The notes under the pieces: generated by a model
Database searches by the model: none
Told to the model about the DNA's origin: nothing
The model's input: the letters and a program-made list of their open reading frames with translations, nothing else
Made by a program: the position numbers and the translations under genes
Origin: an uncultured candidate division Zixibacteria bacterium
GTDB lineage: Bacteria > Zixibacteria > MSB-5A5 > UBA10806
Direction of reading: 5' to 3'
DNA length: 64,000 nt
Assembly (NCBI GenBank): GCA_963817915.1
Contig: CAWFQL010000017.1
Coordinates: forward strand, 224,001 to 288,000
Shown: piece after piece, positions 1-12,074 of the stretch
Numbering within the stretch: the stretch's first letter is position 1
Layout of the letters: each line of letters opens with the position of its first letter

Positions 1-1041
1 CAGTGTTGTTGAAAGCATCAGCGGGCGGCGGCGGCAAGGGCATGAGAGATAATCAATTCTCGCGAAGAGCTCAAAGGCGCGGTCGAGGCCGGAATGCGTG
101 AAGCGCAATCGGCGTTTGGAGACCCATCGGTATATCTTGAAAAATATATCACCAAACCCCGCCATGTCGAATTTCAGGTGCTGGCGGATAAACACGGCAA
201 CGCGGTTCATGTCTTCGAACGGGAATGCTCGGTGCAGAGGAGACATCAAAAGATTATCGAAGAAAGCCCTTCTACTATTTTAGATGATGATCTTCGCCGG
301 AGAATGGGAGCCACTGCGCTAAAGGTTGTTGAAGTCTCAAGATATTCCAATGCCGGGACTGTCGAATTCCTCGTTGATGAGAATCGCAATTATTATTTCC
401 TTGAAGTCAACGCGCGCTTGCAGGTCGAGCATCCCGTGACAGAATTAGTCTGCGGGATTGATCTGGTACATGCTCAATTGCGTGTTGCCGCAGGCGAGAA
501 ACTGTGGCTGAAACAGGATGATATTCATCAAAAAGGCCATGCCATTGAATGCAGAATTTACGCTGAAGACCCGGCTAACGGCTTTTTGCCATCGGCTGGC
601 AAAATCAATTATATGAGCGAACCATCAGGCCCGGGGATCAGGCATGATTGCGGTGTCTATTCTGGATGCGAAGTAACAGTCAACTACGACCCAATTCTTT
701 CCAAGTTAATTGCTTGGGCGCCAACCCGCGAAATCTGCTGCGGCAGAATGGCGGCGGCCTTGACTGACTTCCCCGTATTGGGCATAAAGACCAATATCGA
801 ATTTTTAAGAGACATCATCAATCATAAGGAATTCCGGGCCGGGAATACATTCACGGATTTTATTCCGACAAATATGAAGGACTGGGAGCCGCATTATAAT
901 GATGACGATATCAATAAAGCCCTGATCGCCGCTGCGATATACTCTGATAATATGAAAAATCAACATTCGAGCAAGGTCACTAAGGGCAGCCTGCCAACGC
1001 CATGGGAAACTCTTGGCGATTGGAAGATCGGAAAGCGATAG
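1..1041 (+). CDS. Biotin carboxylase subunit of an acyl-CoA carboxylase (5' truncated by window; apparent +1 frameshift at ~45-48)
   Basis: LKASAGGGGKGMR in frame 3 (nt 3-47) continues in frame 1 as IINSREELKG...MREAQSAFG. Motifs ERECSVQRRHQKIIEE, EVNARLQVEHPVTE and GHAIECRIYAED are present. Confidence 0.9.
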
Positions 1042-1071
1042 GATCGAAATCAGATTTCGAGAAATTGAACG

Positions 1072-1611
1072 ATGCAATACGAATTCAATATAAACGGCGA
1101 ACAACACGCCATTAGCATTGAAAAAGATAATCCGGGGACGATATCAGAATATAAGGCTACTATTGATGGCAAGAGTGTTCCAATTTCATATTCTAAAATC
1201 TCAGCCAACAGCTATGTTCTATTTTTTGAGAATACAAATAAGAAAATTTATGCGTCAACGATCAATGGCCAGCTTTTTGTCCATCTCGATGGCAAGGTAA
1301 TTACTCTTGATAAGGTTTTGGCTGATAAAAAGAATTTCGCGTCAGATTCGGGGGATTTCGGAGCCAAGGATCGTGTTGTTTCTCCGATGCCAGGTAGGAT
1401 TGTCAAGGTTCTCGTAAAAGAAGGCGACAAAATCGCGCTCAAACAGCCGCTCGTGATCGTAGAATCCATGAAAATGGAAAACGAAGTCAAATCACCATCG
1501 AATGGGACTGTCAAATCGATTCATTTTAAGACCGGTGATCTGGTAGAGGCTGGAAAGCCGATTATCATGATCACGCCGGACGAAGCCGCTGAAATAACAA
1601 AATCCAAATAA
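1072..1611 (+). CDS. Biotin carboxyl carrier (biotinyl domain) protein
   Basis: SPMPG...VESMKMENE biotinylation motif; follows the biotin carboxylase. Confidence 0.9.
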   Translation: MQYEFNINGEQHAISIEKDNPGTISEYKATIDGKSVPISYSKISANSYVLFFENTNKKIYASTINGQLFVHLDGKVITLDKVLADKKNFASDSGDFGAKDRVVSPMPGRIVKVLVKEGDKIALKQPLVIVESMKMENEVKSPSNGTVKSIHFKTGDLVEAGKPIIMITPDEAAEITKSK

Positions 1612-1616
1612 TATAT

Positions 1617-2928
1617 TTACCAGACTTTTTTTCCTGTAGCCTTATCCAGCGCATTCTTGCTGACAATGTAATTGTATATGGCCTTTAAATGGATCAGCTT
1701 TGCCTGAGCCAATGTCGTTTGAGTATCGAGCAAATCGAGATTGGTGATCACTCCGGCCTCATAGCGGGTTTTTGCCATGGAGACAGCTTCCGAGGCCTGC
1801 CTGACCTGAATATCCGAATTTTGAATTTTATTAAGGCTCGCCTGTTCGCTTGAAATAGCCTGCTCCACTTCGGCTGTAATCATTCTGTTTAAATCATCGA
1901 TTCGAGACTGAATCATATTTAGATTTGCGCGTGATTCATTTACTTTATATCGAGTGCGATAGCCATTGAATAAAGGTATCTCCAACTGCAGTCCTGCCAC
2001 AATATTGAATTTCAACGCATTCAATTTTGGCACATATCCATTTTTGTATCCGGCATCGAACATGGCTCCCAAGATCGGTCTATCGCTCAATGATGCCATT
2101 TTCATTTGAAGCTCCATGCTTCTGGCGTTGTTTTTAGCGATAATAAGTTCCTGCCTTTGATCAAGGGCAGTACTTATCAACGAATCAGGATTAAATGATG
2201 CTGATGAATATGATAATTCACCGTTTAATAATACCGGCTTTTCCATTGGCAGCCCTGTTAATTGCCGCAAAGAAATTTCCTGAGATGATAGAGCGTTTTC
2301 GGCGTCGATAAGATCGTTCGTCGCTGCCGCGACCCTGACCTGGGTTGTAAGTACATCGAAATTTGTCGCGGAACCCGACGCGGCCTTTTTCTGGCTTATT
2401 TGTAAATGCTGATTAAGGGCATCAATTTGCTCATTTAATACGGATATGTTTTGTCTCGTTATTAGAATAGAATAAAAAAGTGAAATGGCCTGATACGCAA
2501 GATTGGTTTTTATCAGATTAAGGTTATCATTGGCTGTTTGAAGATTAGATTTAGCGTATTTTATTCCACTGGAGGTTCTGCCAAAATCATAAATCATTTC
2601 CTGAATTCCCAGATGCATGTCCCAATTGTTTTCAGGATATAATTTGAATTTTCCCATGTCAGGCAGACTAATGGTGGCAACCGGACTTAATCTAGCGTAG
2701 GAAGCATCTACCGAGATATCCGGATAATAACCGCTTTTGCTCATTCCAACTCGCGCATCCGCCGCTTTGATACCCTCTAATGCCTGATCGACCATTGGAT
2801 GGTTTTCGATTGTCATTTTAATTATCCGGTCAAGAGAAAGCGAATCCGACGAATTAGTTTGGGAATTTGCCAAATACTGCGGAAAAAGCTATTAACAAAA
2901 AGATATTAATGACTGAAAATTTTCTCAT
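1617..2928 (-). CDS. TolC-family outer membrane efflux protein (apparent +1 frameshift in the signal peptide, ~2874-2890)
   Basis: OEP repeat pattern (RYEAGVITNLDLLDTQ). The ATG at 2928 gives the signal peptide MRKFSVINIFLLIAFSAV, one base out of frame with ORF 1617-2873. Confidence 0.85.
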
Positions 2929-2935
2929 AACTCAC

Positions 2936-4576
2936 CTATTCGATATTTGTCTGGACATGCTTTGGCTCAACCATTCCAGCTGATTTATTCTTTCTACTAT
3001 ATTTCAAAAGGAATACCGGCAAAACGCTCAATAAAATAATCACACCAGCAAGCAGGAATACGTCGTTGACCGCCTGAATAAATGCCTGTTTTTGGGCGAA
3101 TTGCCCTATCATCGATTTGGCTTTGGTTGCGGCGGCCGCGGTAGTACCTCCGGTACTCTGGAGCGCATGATATTGGAGTCTGATGATTGCCTGCTTGTAA
3201 CTGTCGGAGTTTGAATTTAATTGCTGTCCGTACATTGCTCCGTGAAATATCGTTCTCTGGATCAGAATCGATCCGAAAATCGCGACACCAAAACTACCGC
3301 CTAATTGCCTGATGACATTGAAAAGACCCGAAGCCTGCGCCATTTTGTGGTTGGGAATTTCAGAGATCGCCAGAGTAGTAAGTGGGGCGAACAAAATTCC
3401 CATGGCAAATCCCCTTATATACAATGGAAACATGATCTGGGCTTTTTCGGTCATGAACGACAAAAAGCTGAATTGATAAAATGTTATCGCCATAAGAACC
3501 AATCCAAGAATTGCCGGAATTTTCGGGCTATATTTATCCGAAAATATCCCCGCGATCGGCGCCGACAACCCCTGCAGGATTCCGATGGGGAGAAATACCA
3601 ATCCGGCTTGAAAAGGCGTATAGCCGAGCGAATTTTGAAGATAAATCGGCAATAAAAATGTGCTGCCGAACATTCCCATACCGAAAAGAAATAGCACAAC
3701 ATTGCTGACCGCGAAGTTGAAATTCTTTAATAGATTTAATTCTATCAGAGGATGCTGTACTGTAAGCTCAGTCGTTAGAAAAATAACAAGTCCAACCGCC
3801 GATATTCCAAAACATGTTAGAATATAAGTCGATGTCCAGCCTCCCGTATTCCAGGCCGAGTTGCCATTGGATAATGCCAGAAGCAAAGTCGTAAGGAAAA
3901 TGGCGAGGGTTGCAAATCCCAATAAATCAAATGATCTTACATGGTCGGATTTATGTTCGCGAAGAACGATAAGAAGAATCACGATTCCTACGATGCCGAT
4001 CGGAATATTGACATCGAATATGGTATGCCATGAATAATTATCGATAAGATATCCGCCAAGGGACGGCCCGAGCGACACCGAGGCCGATGCTGCAATTGTC
4101 CAGAATGCAAGGGCAATACCTCGTTTCTCAGGCGGGAATTCCCTGGTAATAATAGCCATACCAACAGGCATTAGAAGGCCCGCCCCGATGCCTTGAATTA
4201 TTCGGAATGCAATTAAAATATTAAGATTCCAGGCGACACTGCAAAGAAATGACCCGAAAGTGAATAATAATAGCCCCATGATAAAAACGAATTTATATCC
4301 CCAGTGGTCGGCAAACCATCCGGATGACGGCAAGATAACTCCAAAAATGAGCAGGTAGCCTGTCAGCACCCATTCGACCTGATCGACCGAAACCCCAAAT
4401 GATGACATTAATTTCGGCAATGCTACATTGACGATAGTGACATCCAAGACTGCCATAAATGTGGCAATCATGACGCCGGATAAAACCAGCCATTTATAGG
4501 TAGGATTCGCCGGATTTAATTGAGGATATTCATCAACCAGAGTTTGACGAAAATTTGTCCATCTTGAAAATCTCAT
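2936..4576 (-). CDS. emrB: DHA2-family MFS efflux permease (EmrB/QacA-like)
   Basis: FMAVLDVTIVNVALP motif, many TM segments, RQLGGSFGVA. Confidence 0.9.
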   Translation of the reverse strand: MRFSRWTNFRQTLVDEYPQLNPANPTYKWLVLSGVMIATFMAVLDVTIVNVALPKLMSSFGVSVDQVEWVLTGYLLIFGVILPSSGWFADHWGYKFVFIMGLLLFTFGSFLCSVAWNLNILIAFRIIQGIGAGLLMPVGMAIITREFPPEKRGIALAFWTIAASASVSLGPSLGGYLIDNYSWHTIFDVNIPIGIVGIVILLIVLREHKSDHVRSFDLLGFATLAIFLTTLLLALSNGNSAWNTGGWTSTYILTCFGISAVGLVIFLTTELTVQHPLIELNLLKNFNFAVSNVVLFLFGMGMFGSTFLLPIYLQNSLGYTPFQAGLVFLPIGILQGLSAPIAGIFSDKYSPKIPAILGLVLMAITFYQFSFLSFMTEKAQIMFPLYIRGFAMGILFAPLTTLAISEIPNHKMAQASGLFNVIRQLGGSFGVAIFGSILIQRTIFHGAMYGQQLNSNSDSYKQAIIRLQYHALQSTGGTTAAAATKAKSMIGQFAQKQAFIQAVNDVFLLAGVIILLSVLPVFLLKYSRKNKSAGMVEPKHVQTNIE

Positions 4577-4579
4577 AAT

Positions 4580-5545
4580 TTATTTTGAGTTCGTATGAAT
4601 TCTAACTTCGGCAGACATTCCCGGCAGGAGAATCAACTTATCCTGACCGAGATTCAAGCTTGTTTTATTCAATGAAATCTTTATCGGTACTCGTTGGGTA
4701 ACTTTGGTGAAATTGCCGGACGCGTTATTTGGCGGAATCAATGAAAATTGCGATGCAGCCGCGGCCCCTATTAATATCACTTTCCCTTCGAAATGAAGAT
4801 CAGGATAGGCATCAACAGAAACATCGACTACGTCATTTGGGTGTATCAATGATAATTTTGTTTCTTCGAAATTGGCCGTTACCCATGTATTCTCAAGATC
4901 ATAAATGGTAAATATAGGCTGTCCCGCCTGTGCGATATCACCGGGCATGAGCCATTTTTTGGCAACAATTCCGTTAATCGAAGAAATTATCTGGGTATTC
5001 TTCAACTGAGTGTCTATGACATCGATCTGAGCCCTGGAAGAGGCCACCTGCGCCCTGGCTACATTGGATTGGGCTCGTGCTGTTTCGAGAGCCTTCTTGG
5101 CATGATCGAATTGTTCTTGAGAAATTATATTGTCTTTGTACTGAATTGAGGATCTATCAAAGTCGTCCTGCGCCTTTTGCAGATTAATTTCGGCCAGAGG
5201 CACATTTTGCTCCGCCAATGATAAATTGGCCTCGGCCTGGGCTTTTTGCGCCTTGAGATCACTATCATCCAATTGAATCAGTAACTGCCCCGAATTCACC
5301 GAATCGCCTTCGTCCACGGTCAGTTGACTGATTCTGCCAAGTATCTTAGAGCTCAATGTCACCGGATCGCTGTCAATATAAGCGTCATCGGTTGAAACAT
5401 ATCCGCGCAAATATACAAACCAATACACCGCGATTGCCCCGCAGGCCAAGATTAAAATCAGCATTGGCAAAATAAACCGTTTTCTTTGGTATAATTTGGG
5501 CTTGCGTTCTGAATTATTATCTATTTCGCTTTGATTCAATGGCAT
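4580..5545 (-). CDS. emrA: HlyD/EmrA-family membrane fusion protein
   Basis: N-terminal TM, STDDAY, and FSLIPPNNASGNFTKVTQRVPIKI signature. Confidence 0.9.
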   Translation of the reverse strand: MPLNQSEIDNNSERKPKLYQRKRFILPMLILILACGAIAVYWFVYLRGYVSTDDAYIDSDPVTLSSKILGRISQLTVDEGDSVNSGQLLIQLDDSDLKAQKAQAEANLSLAEQNVPLAEINLQKAQDDFDRSSIQYKDNIISQEQFDHAKKALETARAQSNVARAQVASSRAQIDVIDTQLKNTQIISSINGIVAKKWLMPGDIAQAGQPIFTIYDLENTWVTANFEETKLSLIHPNDVVDVSVDAYPDLHFEGKVILIGAAAASQFSLIPPNNASGNFTKVTQRVPIKISLNKTSLNLGQDKLILLPGMSAEVRIHTNSK

Positions 5546-5584
5546 ACCTTATCTTCCTCTTGTTATTAATGCATATCAGGATTT

Positions 5585-6055
5585 TCAATTTTCAATTAGA
5601 TTCTCAGATTCATCTATTTTCATCATTTTCAGCAGCTTTTCCATAGCGTCGCACAAACGACGCAATTCCCCCAACGGCATCTTTTCGAGGCTTTGTACCA
5701 TGCTGCCGAAACTCGAAGCCGGCGCCCGCTGAATAATTTCCCTGCCTTTGTCGGTTAAATTTAGATAGACGACCCGTCTATCATCGCTGCCCCTTAGTCG
5801 AGTCAGGTATTTCTGAGATTCCAATCTATCCACAATCCCCGAAACAGTGCTGATATGGAGATATATTTTATCGCTCAATTCGCCCAAAGTCATATTGGGA
5901 TTCAGGGAGATCAGCCGCAAAGTCCCGAGCTGCGGGCCCGTAATCTCAAAATTCCTGTATAATTCCTTGGAATATCGCTCAATTGAATTCCTGATAATCC
6001 GTATGGAATTTACAATCTGACTTATCTCTTTTTGCCTATTTATATTCCGTGCCAT
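5585..6055 (-). CDS. MarR-family transcriptional regulator
   Basis: Winged HTH (STVSGIVDRLE...DRRVVYLNLTDKG); heads the efflux operon. Confidence 0.9.
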   Translation of the reverse strand: MARNINRQKEISQIVNSIRIIRNSIERYSKELYRNFEITGPQLGTLRLISLNPNMTLGELSDKIYLHISTVSGIVDRLESQKYLTRLRGSDDRRVVYLNLTDKGREIIQRAPASSFGSMVQSLEKMPLGELRRLCDAMEKLLKMMKIDESENLIEN

Positions 6056-6071
6056 GTTCTAATCCAAAACA

Positions 6072-6102
6072 ATTTTGAGCTCATACGTTTTGAATTCAAA
6101 AC
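6072..6102. promoter_or_regulatory. Tandem palindromic operator, probable MarR autoregulatory site
   Basis: Perfect 16-bp palindrome GTTTTGAATTCAAAAC (6087-6102) beside an imperfect copy ATTTTGAGCTCATACG (6072-6087), just upstream of the marR start. Confidence 0.6.
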
Positions 6103-6453
6103 AATAATAAAAGGTTCCGTTCAAGTAAAGCGGAATAATAAAAATATGAGATTCTCGACGATTTTGTCTTCGAAATCTTATTGACTTGACAGATTACTTC
6201 TTAATGTTTATATATATCGATGTTAGGCGTATTCTTCGCGCCATCCGATGGCATTAACGAATCGGGTTGATGAAACAAGCATTCAAAGAGATTCTTCTAT
6301 CAGGGGTTTGGGGTTTGCAATATTTGGCTTAAGTTGCTAAGATTGCGTCCCGCTGGGTCTTCATGCGCTTTAATTTAGTTCGAAATAAAAAACACAAATT
6401 ATATATAGATGTAAATGGATGATAATTTCCAATAACATCAGGGGAAAGGCACA

Positions 6454-9400
6454 ATGAGAGGATCTATTCGACTCATCAGTATTATAATCGCAGTATTGAT
6501 TATGCTGGGGTTGCCATTGTCTGCTTATGCCGCGAATTCCGCGGAGAAGCAGGCCGCATTTGACAAATTAAATGCTGATTATCCGGGAGTGCAGTTTTAC
6601 AGGGACGGCGATCGGATTGGCCGAATTTACGGCGTTCAATTTGGCGGGGGAGCAAGCCCGGAAGATGCCGCCGACCGTTTCACTCAGAATTATGCCAATA
6701 TATATGGAGTCGATAGCAAAGACTTGATAGCCGGCGCCATAATGGATCAGGGATTAAAGAAGGTGCCGCTGATGTATGACCAATCCAATGGTCAATATAA
6801 ATTTACGCTTGTTTATTTTTCTCAGTATAAAGATGGAATTCCAGTGTATAAATCGGACCTTAGAGTATTGGTGAAAAATGAGGCAGGTTACCCGGTCGTT
6901 TGGGCGGCTTCTGCCTTGAAAAATCTGGGTTTATTTCAAGTCGATCAATCGATTGCATCGATTAGCCCCGTACAGGTTCAGCAGACATTTGCATCGACTA
7001 TACCGTCTATGCCCAATTTGACAGAACCCAAAATGGTAATATGGGCAGGGAATGACGAAACCCAAAAAGTGACGCCGACATTGGGTGTTGAATTTATAGC
7101 TGCGGATGGCGAGCCTGCCACCGAGCGAAAAGAATTTATCATCAACCCTCTTAATGGCGAAAAGCTTTACGAAGAAGATCTTGTAATTGATATTAATGTT
7201 ACCGGGCAGGTTAACGGTCTGGGCACCGAGCAATTCCTGGCGGAACAATGCGGCAACGAAATCAGCAGACCATTGCCTTACGCCCAAGTGGCAATCACGG
7301 GCGGCAACAGCGCCTACGCGAATGAGATCGGTCAATTTACAATTACCAATAGCGGAAGTACTCCGGTAACGGTTACTTCTCAAGTTCGAGGTCATTGGTT
7401 TATCTCTCATAACCAAGCTGGTTCCGATGCGCTCCTTTCGATGTCAGTGACTCCTCCAGGGCCCGCGAATTTTCTTCATAATCCGTCAAATACGGAATAT
7501 GTCCGGGCGGAAGTTAATGCCTATATTCAAGCAAATATCGTCCGCGATTACGCGTTAACATATAATCCATCTTATCCAGTGATCAACACCCAGACTAATT
7601 TCCCATTGTATGTCAACGACAACACCGGTTATTGTCCCGGAAACGCCTGGTACGATGGAGTATCGTTAACTTTCTGCAGGGCTGCCAGCGGCTACCCCAA
7701 TACGGCGTTTTCGACTGTCGTTCATCATGAATATGGTCATCATCTGGTAGCAGTCGCCGGAAGCGGCCAGGGCGAATATGGCGAGGGCATGGGCGATGTA
7801 GTAGGTAACTTGATCACCGATGATCCCGGCGCTGCATGGGGATTTTACGGACCATGCAATCAAGCGCTCAGAAATGCCGACAATACGATGCAATACCCGT
7901 GCAGCGGCGAAATTCATTATTGCGGTCAATTGATATCAGGATGTGTCTGGAGCACGAGAAATGAATTACAGGCGACGCATCCTCTTGAATATAGAACCAT
8001 TATTTCCGATCTCGCCATAAATTCAATATTAATGCATTCCGGCAGTTCAATAGCTCCGGATATTACAATAGATTATCTGACTTTGGACGACGATGACGGG
8101 AATATTAATAACGGCACACCTCATTGGTCTGAAATATGCGCCGGATTCGGGGCACATAGTATGGATTGCCCTACATTATCGCTACTTTCATTCGCCTATC
8201 CTAATGGCAAACCAAACTTTATAAATCCCAGTGGTGGCACAGCCATGCGAGTGACAGTCAGCGGTCTCGGTGGCACACCCCAACCAAATACGGGGAAATT
8301 ATATTATAATAGCGGTTCCGGCTGGTTGAATATTTCGATGACCCAAATCTCTCCAAACGTTTACGACGCCATTTTCCCAGCGTTCCCCTGCGGCACTTCA
8401 GTTCAATATTACGTAAGCGCACGGACGACCGCAAATTTCGAAGTTAAAGATCCTGCGGACGCCCCGGCGACAACATTTTCCACTATCAGCGGTACAGGAT
8501 TGGTAACGCTCTATCTGGACGATTTTTCAACCAATCAAGGATGGACGGGCATAGGCGGGGCAGGCGAATGGACAATTGGAGCGGCAACAGGTGGGAGCGG
8601 CTCCGATATTTACGGCGGACCAGACCCCGCTGTCGATCATAGTCCCACAACCGATAACCGAGTCTTGGGAAATGATATCACGTCCGCAGACGGGGATTAT
8701 AGCGCCTATTTGGGACAAACCTATTGGGTCACTTCTCCTATCATAAATTGCTCCAACCGCAGCGGCGTGAATTTGTCGTTCTGGCGGTGGCTGGGTGTAG
8801 AACGAAACCTCTATGATCATGCTTATATCGAAGTATACAATGGTGCTTCCTGGATAAGTATTTTTGAAAACGGTGCAACCACAATCGATGAATCCGCCTG
8901 GTCTCAATGGAATTACAATGTTTCCGCTTATGCCAATAATAATGCCAATTTCAGAATCAGGTTCGGACTCGGCACAACCGATGTGGCATGGGAATATTGC
9001 GGCTGGAATATTGATGATATATCTGTTACCGCTGTTCAATGCGATACAGTAATTAACGGCATAATCGCGGGAAATGTCACAGATAATGTTGGCGCAGTGG
9101 CAAATGCGATAGCCCATGCCACCAATGGTGCCGGAATCGATCGCTATGATACGACCGCATCCAACGGAACATATTCTGTTTCAATTCCGGCCGGAACATA
9201 TAGTGTATCCTTTACCCAAATTGATCATCGAGATACCACGGCCACCGGGATTGTGGTTACAGCAAGCAATACCACTACTCTTAATATGACGATGTCCAGA
9301 TTGCCGGGAGTAATCAGAGGCACGGTGACACACTTGCCGTCCGGCGCGGTATCCGGCGCGATAGTTACCGCGATTGGAACTTCAAGAATTGATACCAGCG

Positions 9401-11395
9401 GAGTAACAGGCGCTTACATTTTACCAGGAATCACTGATGGAATCTACAATGTTTCATTCTCTCAAATCGACTATCGCGATACGACAGCCAATTCTATTGC
9501 GGTGACTCCCGGCGACACAACGACTCTCAATGTGGTAATGAGAGATAAAGCCGGGCTGGATAAGTGGCATTATAAGAGATACTTCCGGCGTGATAATGCC
9601 AAATGTGTTTGTCAAGATCGGAACAATCGATTCCATGTTCACTGACGTTAATGGATATTATATTTCATATATACCGACAGGCTCATATAGTGTTCGCTTT
9701 ACGCATTCAGGATATCGTGATACAACAATCACTGGCGCAGTGGTAACCCCTAATGATACGACGAATGTATCGCCACGGATGACGCCAACCAATTATCCTC
9801 CTGTAATTACATCACCCGATACTTCTACTGCTGTGGAGCATCAGCAATACTATTATCTTGCGACGGCGACAGATCCGAATGGCACGACGCCATCGATAAG
9901 CTTCCTGAATGTTCCATCGTGGGCTCAGGTTCAGGGGAATTCAATTACAGGTATTCCCGGCGATCTCCAGCCTAATACGACTTTTACGATTTTAGCATCT
10001 GATGGTCATCTCTCTGACACAATGGCCGTGAATTTGACTGTAATTCAGGTTAATGATCCTCCGCACATAGTATCGCTCGATACTGCAACTGCGGTTGAGC
10101 ATCAAAGATTCAAGTACGTGCTCTTGTCGGTCGACCCCGATGGTCCTATTCAAACAAGAAGCTTCAGCAATTATCCATCATGGCTTACCGTTTTGGCGGA
10201 TTCGATATTTGGATATCCTCCCGAAACAGCGTCGGATACGTCATTTTTTGCTTCTGTAACCGATGGACAATATACTGACACCATGACCGTATCTCTTCAT
10301 GTAATCATGATAAATGATCCGCCAATCATTACTTCGCCCGACACAATTTCGGTTTTGGAGAATGAATTATTGCGGTATGTCGCTTTAGCCCACGATCCTG
10401 AAGGCGGTTCAGCCGCGTTAAGTTTCATCAGAATGCCTCACTGGCTAAGCGCGGTCGGAGATACTGTCTCCGGCATTCCCGGCGACGCCGATCCTGATAC
10501 CGTATTTTCAGTAGTTGCCTCGGATGGAACTGTCGCGGACACAATGGTCGTTTCGGTTAATGTTATTCAAGCTAATGATCCTCCGCAAATAACTTCGCCA
10601 GATTCGGCTGTGGCTACCGAGCATCAATTATTCTCCTATACGGCCACGGCCACAGATCCTAATGGAACGACTCCCGCCATTAGCATTATTCACATTCCGA
10701 GTTGGATGAGCCTCGATAATCATACGGTGTCCGGGACCCCTGGAGAATTCACTTCCGACACGTCATTCACGGTTATAGCGACCGATGGCTCACTCGCAGA
10801 TACCATGGGAGTTAATGTCAGAGTAATACAGATAAATGACGCGCCCGTGATAACTTCATCGGATTCGGCGAATGCTACTGTCAATCAGCCATTCATATAT
10901 GTCGCGACAGCAATTGATCCCGAGGGCACAACGCCGCTGATTTCCTTTATAAATTATCCGAGCTGGAGCTATGTATCGGATAATATTATCTCCGGCATCC
11001 CGCCACTGGGATCAACCGATACTTCGTTTGTTGTGCTGGCATCGGATGGTTTGTTGACTGATTCGCTAATAGTGGATCTACAAGTTACAGGGGCTTGCTC
11101 TTATACGGCCGGCGATGTTAACGGATCAGGGGCATTCAATGGTCTCGATGTGACATTCATGGTGGGCTTCTTTAAAGGCGGAACTGCTCCGACCGTGGAA
11201 TGTGATTGCCCTCCGAACGGTACAATATATGTGCAGGGAGATGTCAATGCGTCTTGCTCGTTCAATGGGCTGGATGTCACTTACAGCGTGACATATTTCA
11301 AAGGTGGGTCAAGCCCCGTATCGTGCCCGGATTGTCCTCCAACCGGAGGGCCCGCATTGTCCAAAAAGGCTAAACAAAATTTACAGGGCAATTAG
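6454..11395 (+). CDS. Large secreted zinc metallopeptidase (M4/M36-like) with carboxypeptidase-regulatory-like domains, Ig/cadherin-like repeats and a C-terminal dockerin; split by an apparent +1 frameshift at ~9541-9544
   Basis: Signal peptide; CPGNAWYDG...HHEYGH...EGMGD. After 9544 the other frame reads IKPGWISGIIRD, matching the preceding repeat SRLPGVIRGTV. N(D/Y)PP.ITSPD repeats; paired GDVN..NGLDVT dockerin motifs. Confidence 0.8.
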
Positions 11396-11426
11396 CCAAT
11401 AACACCAAAAAATCGATTTTTAAGTC

Positions 11427-11454
11427 AAGGGGCGTTGAATAAACGCCCCTTTTC
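11427..11454 (+). terminator. Intrinsic terminator
   Basis: AAGGGGCGTT-GAATA-AACGCCCCTT hairpin followed by T residues. Confidence 0.75.
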
Positions 11455-11613
11455 TATTCAAATTTGAAGACGAGAATTATTTCATTTAATGGTAATAAGC
11501 GATCAGTAATTTCGCCGTATTATCGACCGAAATTACCTATATATAGCCATATTCCTCTTGACTACAAATGCTAATACTATTTATTTGAATTAGAGGGGAA
11601 AGTGTTGTCTGAA

Positions 11614-11631
11614 TTGTGAGAAATTTCACTA
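11614..11631. promoter_or_regulatory. Rex/CRP-type palindromic operator ahead of cytochrome operon 1
   Basis: TTGTGAGAAATTTCACTA against Rex consensus TTGTGAANNNNTTCACAA (2 mismatches). A TTGACT -35-like hexamer lies at 11558-11563. Confidence 0.6.
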
Positions 11632-11642
11632 ATGGGGCAAAA

Positions 11643-12074
11643 TTGAAAAAAATAATTCTGATCTTAATGACGATAGCAGTCGGGCTTTCGTGCAATACGG
11701 AAGTGAAGGAATTGACTATCAGGGTCCGCAGCAGGATGTACCCGGATTTCAAAGAGGACCATAAAGTAAAAATGTATGAAAAATTTCCTATATCGGATAC
11801 TGATATGGAAGGCGTTGTCGTTGAATTTATACCCGATTTCGCGATAGATACATTGGATCATAAAGTAATTTCTCGTTCCGATACCCTAAGAAATCCGGCA
11901 GTCAAAGTATTGATTATTAAGGGTGGCGAGAAAAAGGAAGAGGAGTGGGCCTTTGCTCCCGGCCTAATGGCTCACTATTCGCCCAAATCATTCATTGGAT
12001 TCGAATTAATGGATTTTAAGACTGGCAGTAAATACAAAAAACCGGCAGCCAAAAAGATTGAAACGGGAAAATAG
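11643..12074 (+). CDS. Lipoprotein with a ResB-like/DUF2155-like periplasmic domain
   Basis: TTG start, lipobox GLSC; EFIPDF...SRSDTLRNPAVKV...WAF resembles the F.PDF...S....NPA...W.F segment of ResB/DUF2155-type domains. Confidence 0.5.
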   Translation: MKKIILILMTIAVGLSCNTEVKELTIRVRSRMYPDFKEDHKVKMYEKFPISDTDMEGVVVEFIPDFAIDTLDHKVISRSDTLRNPAVKVLIIKGGEKKEEEWAFAPGLMAHYSPKSFIGFELMDFKTGSKYKKPAAKKIETGK

